Virus record (IMG/VR): IMGVR_UViG_2724679563_000003
Location: 1-64,000 of that record
Length of the DNA stretch: 64,000 nt
Source of the DNA: an uncultured virus (IMG/VR IMGVR_UViG_2724679563_000003)
Lineage: Duplodnaviria; Heunggongvirae; Uroviricota; Caudoviricetes
Direction: 5' to 3' (one strand)
In this document: one piece after another, positions 43,032 to 52,248 of the stretch
Layout: every line of letters begins with the position of its first letter
Numbering within the stretch: the first letter of the stretch is position 1
The notes under the pieces: model-generated
Databases searched by the model: none
Told to the model about the DNA's origin: nothing
Seen by the model: the letters and a program-made list of their open reading frames with translations, nothing else
Program-made: the position numbers and the translations under genes

Positions 43032-43183
43032 GTGTGTAAATAAGATATAAGAATAAAAATAATATATATAAGAACCGTAGGAACTATGGGGATAGCTTGG
43101 TGATACTTAACACATTAGTGTTATTGACCAAGAACTCCGTGACTTTAGTCATGGGAGGTTCAGGTAGACGGTGTTACTAGATT
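43032..43183 (+). ncRNA. Predicted omegaRNA (reRNA) scaffold plus guide of the IS605-type TnpB
   Basis: Structured region between tnpB and the right end. The guide would be the flanking exon, gtagacggtgttactag. The 5' boundary is uncertain. Confidence 0.6.
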
Positions 43184-43841
43184 AGGTGGAAATGATAGAA
43201 ATGATACATATAATCAAATAAGAAATAAAGCATTAATCGATTTAAATGCTATGAATAAAGCTAATTATGTTCCTAAGTCTAAATATGGAAAAGTATATGG
43301 AACTGGTTATGATTTGAAAGCAGCTAAGAAATATCTAACTAAATTAGGTTATCAATTTGTAGATACTAATTCTGTTAGGGATGTTCAATTAACAGCGAAT
43401 GACATTGTTGTTGGTGGCACTATGGATGGTAAGGAGCAAATTTATAATAGTCAAGCGAGATGGTTATTTGGTAAAGATAGATATCAGACTGAGAGTGAGA
43501 TAGCTAATTATGCAAATACCATGAGCGATATTAAAGGTTATTATGATAAAGGTGGAGTTGCAGATTTTACAGGAAAAGCTATGCTTCATGGGAATCCTAA
43601 TGCAGTAGAGACTATATTTAACGCAGAACAAGGTAAGAAATTATATAATTTTGTTAATACCTTACCTATAAATAATTTTGGGTATGGAATGAATAGAAAT
43701 CTACAACCCGCAATGGCAACTAGTAACAATAATAATATTGAAATAAATTTTCATATTGATAAAATGTATGGAACAGAAAATGAAGCTCAAGGTTTTGCTA
43801 CTAAAATAATAAATACTCTTAGAAATAGAGGAAAGTATTAA
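43164..43841 (+). CDS. Tape measure protein, exon 4
   Basis: In frame with track ORF 43251. CWB2-like repeat and a Y.KGG.ADFTG.AMLHG...E TMP C-terminal motif. Confidence 0.85.
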   Translation, partial: VDGVTRLGGNDRNDTYNQIRNKALIDLNAMNKANYVPKSKYGKVYGTGYDLKAAKKYLTKLGYQFVDTNSVRDVQLTANDIVVGGTMDGKEQIYNSQARWLFGKDRYQTESEIANYANTMSDIKGYYDKGGVADFTGKAMLHGNPNAVETIFNAEQGKKLYNFVNTLPINNFGYGMNRNLQPAMATSNNNNIEINFHIDKMYGTENEAQGFATKIINTLRNRGKY

Positions 43842-43873
43842 GGATACAATTTTAATTGTATCCTTTTCTTTTT
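43841..43873 (+). terminator. Intrinsic terminator
   Basis: aggatacaatt/aattgtatcct stem plus T-tract. Confidence 0.65.
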
Positions 43874-43891
43874 AAAGAGAGGTGATGGTTT

Positions 43892-46120
43892 TTGATAAAG
43901 AGCAGTTTATATTTCAATTATGCAGGTAGAGATAGTTTAGAATTTAATATTATAAATGGTTCTGTAGATAATGCAGAATTAAAAGAAAATTTTTTAGCTA
44001 ATAAGAAAATAAAAGAAATAAATACTATAGAGGCTGATAAGCCTTATTTTCAAGGAATAGAAAGAAATCCATTACAACTTAAATTACAATTTTGTTTCAC
44101 AGAAAAATGGAATAAAGAATTAATTAGAGAAGTGGCTAGATGGTTACATCAAGATAATTATCAGCCATTATATTTTTCTGAAGACCCTGAAAAGATTTAT
44201 TATGCTATGCCTGTTGATGATGTTGAAATGACACATTTTGGGCTAGAACAAGGATATTTAGACATAACTATGAGATGTAATACTTATCATGCCTATAGTA
44301 GAGAATATTTGAGTGAAACGTATGATTTAAGTGAAAACAATGAGGATGGAACAGAAATAATAATACCAAATTATGGGGATATAGATATAAAACCAGATAT
44401 TTGGATTAAAAAAATAAGTGATGGTAGCTTAGAAATAACAAATAGAAGTAATAGTGGAGAAGTTACAAGTTTTTGTAATGGCTCTAGTGGTAAAGGTATA
44501 TTAAAATTTACAGGAACAGTATTTGATAGCGAAATCGTAACGATAGGTGATAAGATATTTGAATTCGATACAGGTGATGGAATTGTAAATGAAAATGTTA
44601 AACAATGGACGCAAGGATTTAAATATATAGATGGAACAATAGTTAATAAAAGTGGGATTTTATACCAATGTATTAAAACAAATGAAGATGAAGAATGGAA
44701 TAAAAGTCATTGGAAAAAGCTAGATAAAAGTAATATAAAAGTGGATGTAAGTGCAGATGCTAACCCTGCACAAGCGAAATTAGTTTTTAATAACACACCC
44801 ATTGAAGATAGTGATAATATTTCCATTGGTAATAACACCTATGAATTCGATTTCGATGATGTATACGAAGCAAAAAATGGACATATTCCAATATCTTTAA
44901 AAAACTATACCACACAAGCTAATGGAAGATTAATAGCTAGAAGTAATTTGGATTTTGCAGGAAGTAAAATTAAAGTAGGAGATAGGGAATATGAAATAAC
45001 TGCATCTTCAAATGAAGGAGTTGCAATTACGAAGAATACTGGGCTAAAAGGTTGGACAAATTGGAGATTAGATGCTTATTTTGAATCCGATTCTGATTTT
45101 AAAGATGCAACCTTATTAATAAATGAAAAAAGAGACAACACACTTGATGGAGTAAGGATACCTTTAGTAAGTGATTTCGTTAATAATAGAATAGATAAAG
45201 AAAAGCAGATTATTGAGCTGTTCAAATTAACAAAATTTTTAGGAATCCCTGCTGAAAGATATGCTGATACAGGAAAGTTCCAACCTGTTTCACAAGGAAT
45301 CAAAGGACAAGATATAGGTGATGAATTAAGCATCTATAAAAGAACTGGAAGAAGTTTTAAAATAGATATGATAAATTCTACATCCAATAAGTTTTATATT
45401 AATAAAATGTTTCAAAGAAATGGTGTTACAGATAAAAATATGGAAGCAAAAATTGGGGATATTATATTAATTACTAAATGGCAAGAGAATAGAAAGAATG
45501 ATTCTTTTGTTGAATATGAAGGTAAAGATTATATACAATCTGACTTTGAACTATTAAGAATAAAAAATGTAGGTGAAACTAAAAACAATAGTTTAATTTT
45601 AACTCACGAAAGTGGAACTTATTGGTATGAATTAGAAACTCCTAGTAAAATATTTAAAACCAACCCTCTCTATTCTTATGGTGAAGGGAAAAGAGTTGTA
45701 GGAAGTGGATATGACTTAGCAAATGCAAAGATTGTTTTAAATGGATTAGGTTTTTCTTTTGTGGATTCAAAGGGTTTATCAGAAGAAAATTTAAGAAAAA
45801 TTGTTAGAAATGGAGATATTATTTTAGGGGAGAAAGGTGCTAAAGGCGGAATTCCATTTGATATTGATGGTGCAATTAGATTAGGTGGAAGTGATAGATA
45901 TGAAACTGCAAAATTGGTAAGAGATTATTATTGGGAAATCCATGATAAATATTATGCTAAAGGATATGATTATTATTATAATGTTATTTTATTTACAAAA
46001 CAAGGAGAAAAATTATTGATTCAGGAGGATATTCCACTAACAAAACCTTATCAAATTAGGATGGGAAGTAGCTTAGATGAAACATGTGAAAACATAGTAA
46101 AAGCTATAAATGAAGAAGGT
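43892..46120 (+). CDS. Distal tail (Dit-like) protein with inserted domains, exon 1 (joined about 1019 aa)
   Basis: F.YAGRDS.EF.I, WL.QD.Y.PL.F.EDP.K.YY and N.GD...KP Dit-like motifs. Follows the TMP gene. Confidence 0.75.
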
Positions 46121-46602
46121 AACTAACTGTTAAACAAAACTTATAAAAAGTTATAAATAGGTGTTGACTTTTATAACTTTAGAGAGATGAATAACAGAGC
46201 CTCGTATGTAGAGAAATCTGCATAGGACACGACCTTAAAACCAGTAATCCCTAAAGCCTTTACACTACAATAAGATATGAAATAAGGTCTTATGAATGTG
46301 GGAAACTATCAACAACGTAAAGGATGGCATATGGTGAAACCCTAAGTGCTAATACAATGGGTGTTTGGTCGCCAAGTTCCGAACAGGAAAAGGTCAAACG
46401 ACTAGAGAGCAATCTCGTACACTGCAAGTCAATAATGGTAGTGGAAATGGGTCGCCCTTAACTCTTGAATAAAGCAAGAAAAGGTGAAGAAATAGTCTAC
46501 GCACGTTGGGAAACCAAGTGGTCATTATCGTGAGAAAAATGACATCTATAAAGTAGCGTTTATAGGTAAATATCATAAAACTTATATAAATAAGAGTAGA
46601 AT

Positions 46603-46764
46603 TTAATCTACTCCATATTCTTTAAGAACTAATTCAATGGCTTTATCTAATAATTTAGACATAGGAATTGAAGTTTCTTTTGATAAAACTTTAAGTTTTT
46701 CAAATAATTTAGCATTAACTGCATTGCTTATTGCAGTACGATTTTTAAGACCTCTATTATTCAT
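46603..46764 (-). CDS. Ribbon-helix-helix protein (53 aa, not in the track) inside the IS607-type IStron
   Basis: MNNRGLKNRTAISNAVNAKLFEKLKVLSKETSIPMSKLLDKAIELVLKEYGVD. RBS gaggtg on the minus strand. Confidence 0.8.
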   Translation of the reverse strand: MNNRGLKNRTAISNAVNAKLFEKLKVLSKETSIPMSKLLDKAIELVLKEYGVD

Positions 46765-46800
46765 AAAAATCACCTCAAAATTATTATAATATATTTAAAA

Positions 46801-46844
46801 ACTACTTGCAACTACTTGCAACTACTTGTAGTTTGTGATATAAT
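46801..46844 (+). promoter_or_regulatory. Three 10-bp direct repeats (ACTACTTGYA) overlapping the tnpB promoter
   Basis: Repeats at 46801, 46811 and 46821. TTGCAA(46816)-17-TATAAT(46839) with extended TG. Confidence 0.65.
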
Positions 46845-46873
46845 AAAAATATAGAGAGTGAGATGAAAAACAT

Positions 46874-47986
46874 ATGGAAAAAGGTTTTAAAATTCAAATA
46901 TTTCCTAACAAAGAACAACAAATATTAATGTTTAAAAGTTTTGGATGTGCAAGATTCGCATATAATTGGGCATTAGCAAAGGAAAAAGAAAACTATAAAA
47001 ATGGTGGTAAATTTATTCCAGATAAACAATTAAGAAAAGAATTTACTCAATTAAAAAAGCAAAATGAATATAAGTGGCTAAATGAGATAAGTTGTAATGT
47101 AACTAAACAAGCCATAAAAGATTGTTGCAAAGCCTATAAAAACTTTTTTAAAGGTATAAATAAATATCCAAAATTTAAATCTAAGAAAAAATCTAAATTT
47201 AGTTTTTATAATGATACTTTTAAAATTAAATTTACTGATAAGAAAGTTATGCTTGAAACAATAGGTTGGATGAATATAGCTGAAAGAAATAAAATACCAA
47301 CAAATTGCAAATATTTAAATCCGAGAATATCATTTGATGGAATTAGATTTTGGTTATCTATAGGTTGTGTTGTAGAAGATGTGGCTGATATGTTACCTAA
47401 AACAGAACCTATAGGAATAGATATGGGAATAAAAACATTAATGGTATGTTCTAATAAGATGGAATTTAAAAGAGTTAATACTAAAAAAGAAAGAAAAAAA
47501 CTTAAAAGACTTCAAAAGAAAGCTAGTAGATTATATGAAAAGATGTTGAAAACCAAAATTTCTAAGTCAAGTAATCTACTAAAGCTTGAAAAAATGATTT
47601 TAAAACAACACCAAAAAATATCAAATATAAGAATAAATAATATACATCAAGCTACAAGCAAATTAATTAAATTAAATCCTAGTCATATAGTTGTTGAGGA
47701 TTTAAATATAAAGGGAATGATGAAAAATAAATATTTATCAGAAAAAATAGTAGATTGTTCATTCCATGAAATACGTAGACAATTAGAGTATAAATGTAAA
47801 TGGAATAATATAAAGTTAATTGTAGCTAATAAATGGTATGCTTCATCAAAAATTTGTAGCAATTGTGGTAATAAAAAAGACAAACTTTCATTAAGTGAAA
47901 GAATTTATACTTGCGAGTGTTGTGGAAAAATTATAGATAGAGATTTTAATGCTAGTCTAAATCTTAGAAATTTAGCTTATAACTAA
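46874..47986 (+). CDS. tnpB: TnpB RNA-guided endonuclease (IS607-associated)
   Basis: FGCARFAYNW. RuvC GIDMG / VEDLN / DRDFNA intact. CSNC..CECC. Confidence 0.93.
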   Translation: MEKGFKIQIFPNKEQQILMFKSFGCARFAYNWALAKEKENYKNGGKFIPDKQLRKEFTQLKKQNEYKWLNEISCNVTKQAIKDCCKAYKNFFKGINKYPKFKSKKKSKFSFYNDTFKIKFTDKKVMLETIGWMNIAERNKIPTNCKYLNPRISFDGIRFWLSIGCVVEDVADMLPKTEPIGIDMGIKTLMVCSNKMEFKRVNTKKERKKLKRLQKKASRLYEKMLKTKISKSSNLLKLEKMILKQHQKISNIRINNIHQATSKLIKLNPSHIVVEDLNIKGMMKNKYLSEKIVDCSFHEIRRQLEYKCKWNNIKLIVANKWYASSKICSNCGNKKDKLSLSERIYTCECCGKIIDRDFNASLNLRNLAYN

Positions 47987-48138
47987 ACTACAAGCTAAAT
48001 ATGTAGTGATACGTTAGTCACGAATTAAAGCCTTCGGAGAACTATACAAACTAAAGTAGTAGTATTTTATATTATGAAATAGAGTTCATTGAATTAGGAA
48101 ATAGAATTTATAACTTTTTATAAGTTTTATGTAACGGT

Positions 48139-48969
48139 AGAGACTGGGTCGAATATTCCAAAGGCACATATGAACATGATGATGTAAGAGCTGAATATGA
48201 TAAAAGTTCAAAGATTATAAATATAAAAGCAAAAGAAAGAGGTAGTAAAGGAAATAAAATATCTTCAGTAGTAAATGATTGGGAAAACACTCAAAAATTA
48301 TTAAGACAAAATTATAAAATAAACCAATTTGAATTTCCCAATTTGGTGAAAGGTAAGGATGCTATTTATAGTGAGCTAGATGACACAAATGGAAAATCAT
48401 TAATAGCATATATAACAGATGTGTTAAAGACAAATGAAGATAAAATGAATATTAGCTTTTCTAATAATACTATAAATATAATTTCTAAAAAATATGGAAG
48501 CATTAACAATATAATTCCTATATTGTCTAACTGTTATTCTTGTAATTTCTATGATATTAAAGACAACCCTGCTGTAACTTTAGAAGGAGGAAAAGACCCA
48601 AGTATAAATACTATTTTACAAGCTTTATATTCTACTATAGACAATGTATTTTGTAAGATGGATTTAGAGAATCAAACAATTACAGTGACTCATAAAGAAA
48701 TAGGTAAAAAAACTAATATTAATATAAGTACAACTGCTATAAATGCTTATTGGGATAATGGCAAGAAATTATATGGTGGTAGAGATGGACTAGTTAATGA
48801 TGAAGAAATATACATAGAAGGTGAAAGTGGACATATTGAAAGTAATAAAAACAAAGGAATTGTAGATGTATATAATGGTAATGATTTAGTTTTAAAATAT
48901 GGTGAAAATAGACTATTAATTAAGGGAAATTGTTTTATAAGATTTAAAACTAAATATAAATTCTTATAG
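48139..48969 (+). CDS. Distal tail protein, exon 2
   Basis: Open frame from 48139 continuous with track ORF 48343. Ends L.L.YGEN.L.I.G....F, a Dit-like C-terminus. Confidence 0.75.
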   Translation, partial: RDWVEYSKGTYEHDDVRAEYDKSSKIINIKAKERGSKGNKISSVVNDWENTQKLLRQNYKINQFEFPNLVKGKDAIYSELDDTNGKSLIAYITDVLKTNEDKMNISFSNNTINIISKKYGSINNIIPILSNCYSCNFYDIKDNPAVTLEGGKDPSINTILQALYSTIDNVFCKMDLENQTITVTHKEIGKKTNINISTTAINAYWDNGKKLYGGRDGLVNDEEIYIEGESGHIESNKNKGIVDVYNGNDLVLKYGENRLLIKGNCFIRFKTKYKFL

Positions 48970-49000
48970 GCAAAATAATTTATAAGGAGGTGTTTTTTAT

Positions 49001-51700
49001 TTGGTTGAAAATCAATTTGAAAGATATGGAATAGATAAAAACTTAAAACCACCTAAAATAAAAATGACTTTATATAAGAACAAAAATGAGTCTATAGGTA
49101 GAATTAAGGACTTTTATAATGCTTCTAATAAAATTACATTAGGAAATACTAATGAGTTAAGTTTTGATATTCCTTTTGAAATAGAGAGAAGAAATAAAAT
49201 AGTAAAAAATTCAATGTGGGATACTTTAAAATATAGATATTACATATTATTTGAGTATAACAATATAAAAGAATGGTATATAATATCTAATTTAAGTAAA
49301 GATAGTGCAAATAAATCAAAACAAATTCAAGCAAAGTCTCTACATTATCTATTAAGAGGTACTAAATTATATAATTATGAAGCAGTATCTTACACAATTC
49401 AAGAAGTGTTGATTGGTAATCAATTAGATAATAAAAGAGGAGTATTGTATAACACTACATGGTCTTTAGGGCATATAGATGAAACTTTAAAAACTAAAAA
49501 ACGTGGTATCACAATGAGTGGGGAAACATCTGTCTTAGACGCTATTTACACATTAGCTGAAAAATTTAATGCTATTTTACAATGGGACTCAGAAAATGAA
49601 ATTATAAATTTTTATGATGAAGAAACTTACGGTGAAGATAATGGATTGTTAATACAATATAATAAGTATTTAGAGAATATTAAAGAAGAAGAAAATCCAG
49701 ATGAAATATGTACTATATTAAAAGTACAAGGTAAAGATAATACGGAAATCTCTTCTATAAATCCTACAGGAAAGACCTATCTAACTAATTACAGTTTTTT
49801 TATGTACCCTTTTGAAGTTGACAAAGATAATAATATAATTAAACATTCAAATTATATGTCAGACAATTTATGTCTGGCTTTATTAAATTTTGATAAAAAA
49901 ATAAATGAAAATAAAGGTAAATTACAAGAGTTAATTACTAAGAAATACATCTATGATAATGCTGTTTCACAAAAAGAAATGCAGTTAACAGACTTACATG
50001 GTGAATATGATGCTATCTTAAAGAAGTTAGCAATAGCTCAGTCCACTAATAGTCAAAAAGAAACTATTTTAGATGAAAAAGCTAAGAAGTTTGAGCAGAT
50101 ACAACAAAGAGAAAAAGATATTAAATTTATTAAACAACAAAGACAAGTTATAGAAACTCAAATAGATAGTATTAAATTTATTTTATCAGAAAATAGTAAT
50201 TTTTCACCTTCTGAGATTGAAGAGCTAAAAAATTTCAGAGAAGAAAAAACATACGTAAATAATAATATAACAGAGTCAAAAGAGCTATTTTTATCTGCAA
50301 ATGAATATTTTCAAAAACTTATACGACCTAAAAGAGTTATAACTTTAAATATGATCCAGTTTTTAAGAGTTGTAGAAGCACAACGAGATTGGGACAAATT
50401 AAAAGTTGGCGATATAATAACCATAAATTATTATAAGTTTGGTATAAATAAGATGAAAGCAAAAATCGTTGAGCTTGATATAACTCATGAAAATATGATG
50501 GTTAATATTACTATAGCAAATGTTAATGATATTGATGATGATGAAAAAAGACTCTCTAAATTGCTCTATAATGCTTCTTCAACTTCTGCAATAATAGATG
50601 AGACACCGTCTAAATTAAATACATTAAAAGATACTGTAAATAATTTAGACGAAATACTTCATAACACATATAAAGCATCACAAAGACAAATATTCGCTGG
50701 AACAAACAATACAACGATAGTTAATCAATTAGGATTAACTTCTATGGAGTCCGAAAATAAGAAACGTGGATTAAGAATTAATAATGGAGCTTTAATGTGT
50801 ACAGCAGAAGGTGAAAATTTTTTTAAAACTATTATTAATGGAGACGGAATAATAGATATAGGAAATATACAGGGTAAAATAGATAAAGATACCGATATAA
50901 AAGTTGATATAGATAATATAGAAACAGGCAATGGCGAGAAAATAGGTGACTTAATAGACGATAAGGTAAATGAATTGGAAACTGAAATAGATAAGGCAGT
51001 TGAAGATTTAACAAATCGTGCAAATCAACAAATAGAAAGAGCAGATGAATTAGCAGATTATATAGATGGGTTAACAGGAGAAATAGGAGTTTTTAAAGTC
51101 GAAACCGAAAAAGCATTAGCTACTAAAGTAGCTGATGAAAAGTTTGAATCTTATAGAATGCAGACAGCTGAAGATATTGCTGACAAAGTATCAAATTATA
51201 AGTTTGATTCATGGAGAACTCAATCTGCACAAATGATAGCTGATAAAGTATCTAGTAATGCATTTGATAGCTATAGAACCCAAACAGATAGAGAGATTAT
51301 GGATAGAGTAAAAGGTAGTGAGTTCAATTCTTACATCTATCAAACAGATAGAAGGATTTCTATGGTTGTTGATGACTATGGAAACATTAATGCTGCACAA
51401 ATAGCAATGGGACTTGAAAAAGATTCTAGTTTTATAAGAATGATTGCAGACAAAATTGAAATTAAGCCAACAAGTGGCGTAATTGAGTTCCCTAATGGAA
51501 CTGATATAGATTCTAGAGACTATGGGGATGGAAGAAATATAATACGATTAAGAAGTAATTATAACAACTATATCTCAGTAAGTAGTAATGGGGTAGCCCT
51601 CTTTAATGGAAGTAGTGGAGCAAATGGTAGACCTTTTATGCAATTTGATGAAGATGCAGTTTATGTTCATGGAAAGAAAGTTAAATGGACTTATGCTTAA
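49001..51700 (+). CDS. Tail spike / baseplate hub (Tal-like) protein
   Basis: EL.F.IP, SINPTG..Y..N.SFF and VGDII.I motifs, coiled coil, and ~20-aa repeats near the C-terminus. Confidence 0.7.
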   Translation: MVENQFERYGIDKNLKPPKIKMTLYKNKNESIGRIKDFYNASNKITLGNTNELSFDIPFEIERRNKIVKNSMWDTLKYRYYILFEYNNIKEWYIISNLSKDSANKSKQIQAKSLHYLLRGTKLYNYEAVSYTIQEVLIGNQLDNKRGVLYNTTWSLGHIDETLKTKKRGITMSGETSVLDAIYTLAEKFNAILQWDSENEIINFYDEETYGEDNGLLIQYNKYLENIKEEENPDEICTILKVQGKDNTEISSINPTGKTYLTNYSFFMYPFEVDKDNNIIKHSNYMSDNLCLALLNFDKKINENKGKLQELITKKYIYDNAVSQKEMQLTDLHGEYDAILKKLAIAQSTNSQKETILDEKAKKFEQIQQREKDIKFIKQQRQVIETQIDSIKFILSENSNFSPSEIEELKNFREEKTYVNNNITESKELFLSANEYFQKLIRPKRVITLNMIQFLRVVEAQRDWDKLKVGDIITINYYKFGINKMKAKIVELDITHENMMVNITIANVNDIDDDEKRLSKLLYNASSTSAIIDETPSKLNTLKDTVNNLDEILHNTYKASQRQIFAGTNNTTIVNQLGLTSMESENKKRGLRINNGALMCTAEGENFFKTIINGDGIIDIGNIQGKIDKDTDIKVDIDNIETGNGEKIGDLIDDKVNELETEIDKAVEDLTNRANQQIERADELADYIDGLTGEIGVFKVETEKALATKVADEKFESYRMQTAEDIADKVSNYKFDSWRTQSAQMIADKVSSNAFDSYRTQTDREIMDRVKGSEFNSYIYQTDRRISMVVDDYGNINAAQIAMGLEKDSSFIRMIADKIEIKPTSGVIEFPNGTDIDSRDYGDGRNIIRLRSNYNNYISVSSNGVALFNGSSGANGRPFMQFDEDAVYVHGKKVKWTYA

Positions 51701-51718
51701 AATAATTTTTTAAAGGGA

Positions 51719-51982
51719 GTGAAATTTAAAAATATGGCTAATCTAAAAACGGAAAATGGGTTTGAAAAAAGTACAAATTTAGTTATTTTAGAAATTAAAG
51801 ATAAAATAATAAAAACATTAGATGAAGCAAATTTACCAATGACAGTGCATCAGATGATTATAAATGAAATAAAAGATTCAATAGATAGAGCAACAAGAAT
51901 TCAAATTGAAAAGGACAGAATTGAATATGAAGATCATTTAAATTCTGTAGAAAAAAATAAAACTAAGGGGTGTGAAAAATAG
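51719..51982 (+). CDS. Hypothetical tail-region protein
   Basis: 87-aa ORF with RBS. Confidence 0.6.
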   Translation: MKFKNMANLKTENGFEKSTNLVILEIKDKIIKTLDEANLPMTVHQMIINEIKDSIDRATRIQIEKDRIEYEDHLNSVEKNKTKGCEK

Positions 51983-51985
51983 AAT

Positions 51986-52219
51986 ATGGAATTAGATAAG
52001 ATAATAAAATTTAATGATAAAATTATAATTGAAGATAAAATGGTTATGGGGATTTATGGTGATTTTAATATTACAACAGGACATTGTAGTTTGTTCTGTA
52101 ATCCTTTAGATACAACTACAATAAAAAATAATAAAGAAGAAGTTCAAAAACAAATAGAAAAATTTAAAACTAAATTAAGAGATAACATGACAAGTGAAGG
52201 ATTTTTATATACCATATAA
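51986..52219 (+). CDS. Hypothetical tail-region protein
   Basis: 77-aa ORF with RBS. Confidence 0.6.
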   Translation: MELDKIIKFNDKIIIEDKMVMGIYGDFNITTGHCSLFCNPLDTTTIKNNKEEVQKQIEKFKTKLRDNMTSEGFLYTI

Positions 52220-52248
52220 TAAAATAATTTTAAAAGTGAGGTGAGAAT

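Larger units (their letters stand above)
40998..43163 (+). mobile_element. IS605-type IStron (group I intron fused to a tnpB element), non-autonomous
   Basis: Inserted after TTGAT (40993-40997) and ends TTCAG. IS200/IS605 end hairpins at about 41014-41036 and 43135-43157. Intron P7 gactat 41277/atagtc 41355. Removal restores NFD|VDGVTRLGG. Confidence 0.9.
46120..48137 (+). mobile_element. IS607-type IStron (group I intron fused to a tnpB element), non-autonomous
   Basis: GG core at both junctions (aaGG|taac ... aacGG|taga). 23-bp inverted subterminal repeats 46136-46158/48106-48128. Intron P7 gacta 46400/tagtc 46493. DNA-level removal restores EEGRDWVEYSKGT. Confidence 0.85.

Noticed and set aside
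45858..45882. Self-targeting of the Dit gene by the IS605 TnpB guide (TTGAT followed by paralogous sequence)
   Set aside because: Only 14 of 20 positions match, with three mismatches in the first six TAM-proximal bases, so cleavage is unlikely.
41838..47986. Cas12f-type CRISPR effectors or nuclease-dead TnpB repressors
   Set aside because: No repeat-spacer array or cas genes are visible. Both proteins have IS ends and all three RuvC acidic residues.
35542..48969. Track ORFs 35542, 36483, 43251 and 48343 as independent genes or pseudogene fragments
   Set aside because: Their starts lie in intron sequence or mid-exon without a convincing RBS. They join in frame once the intervening elements are removed.
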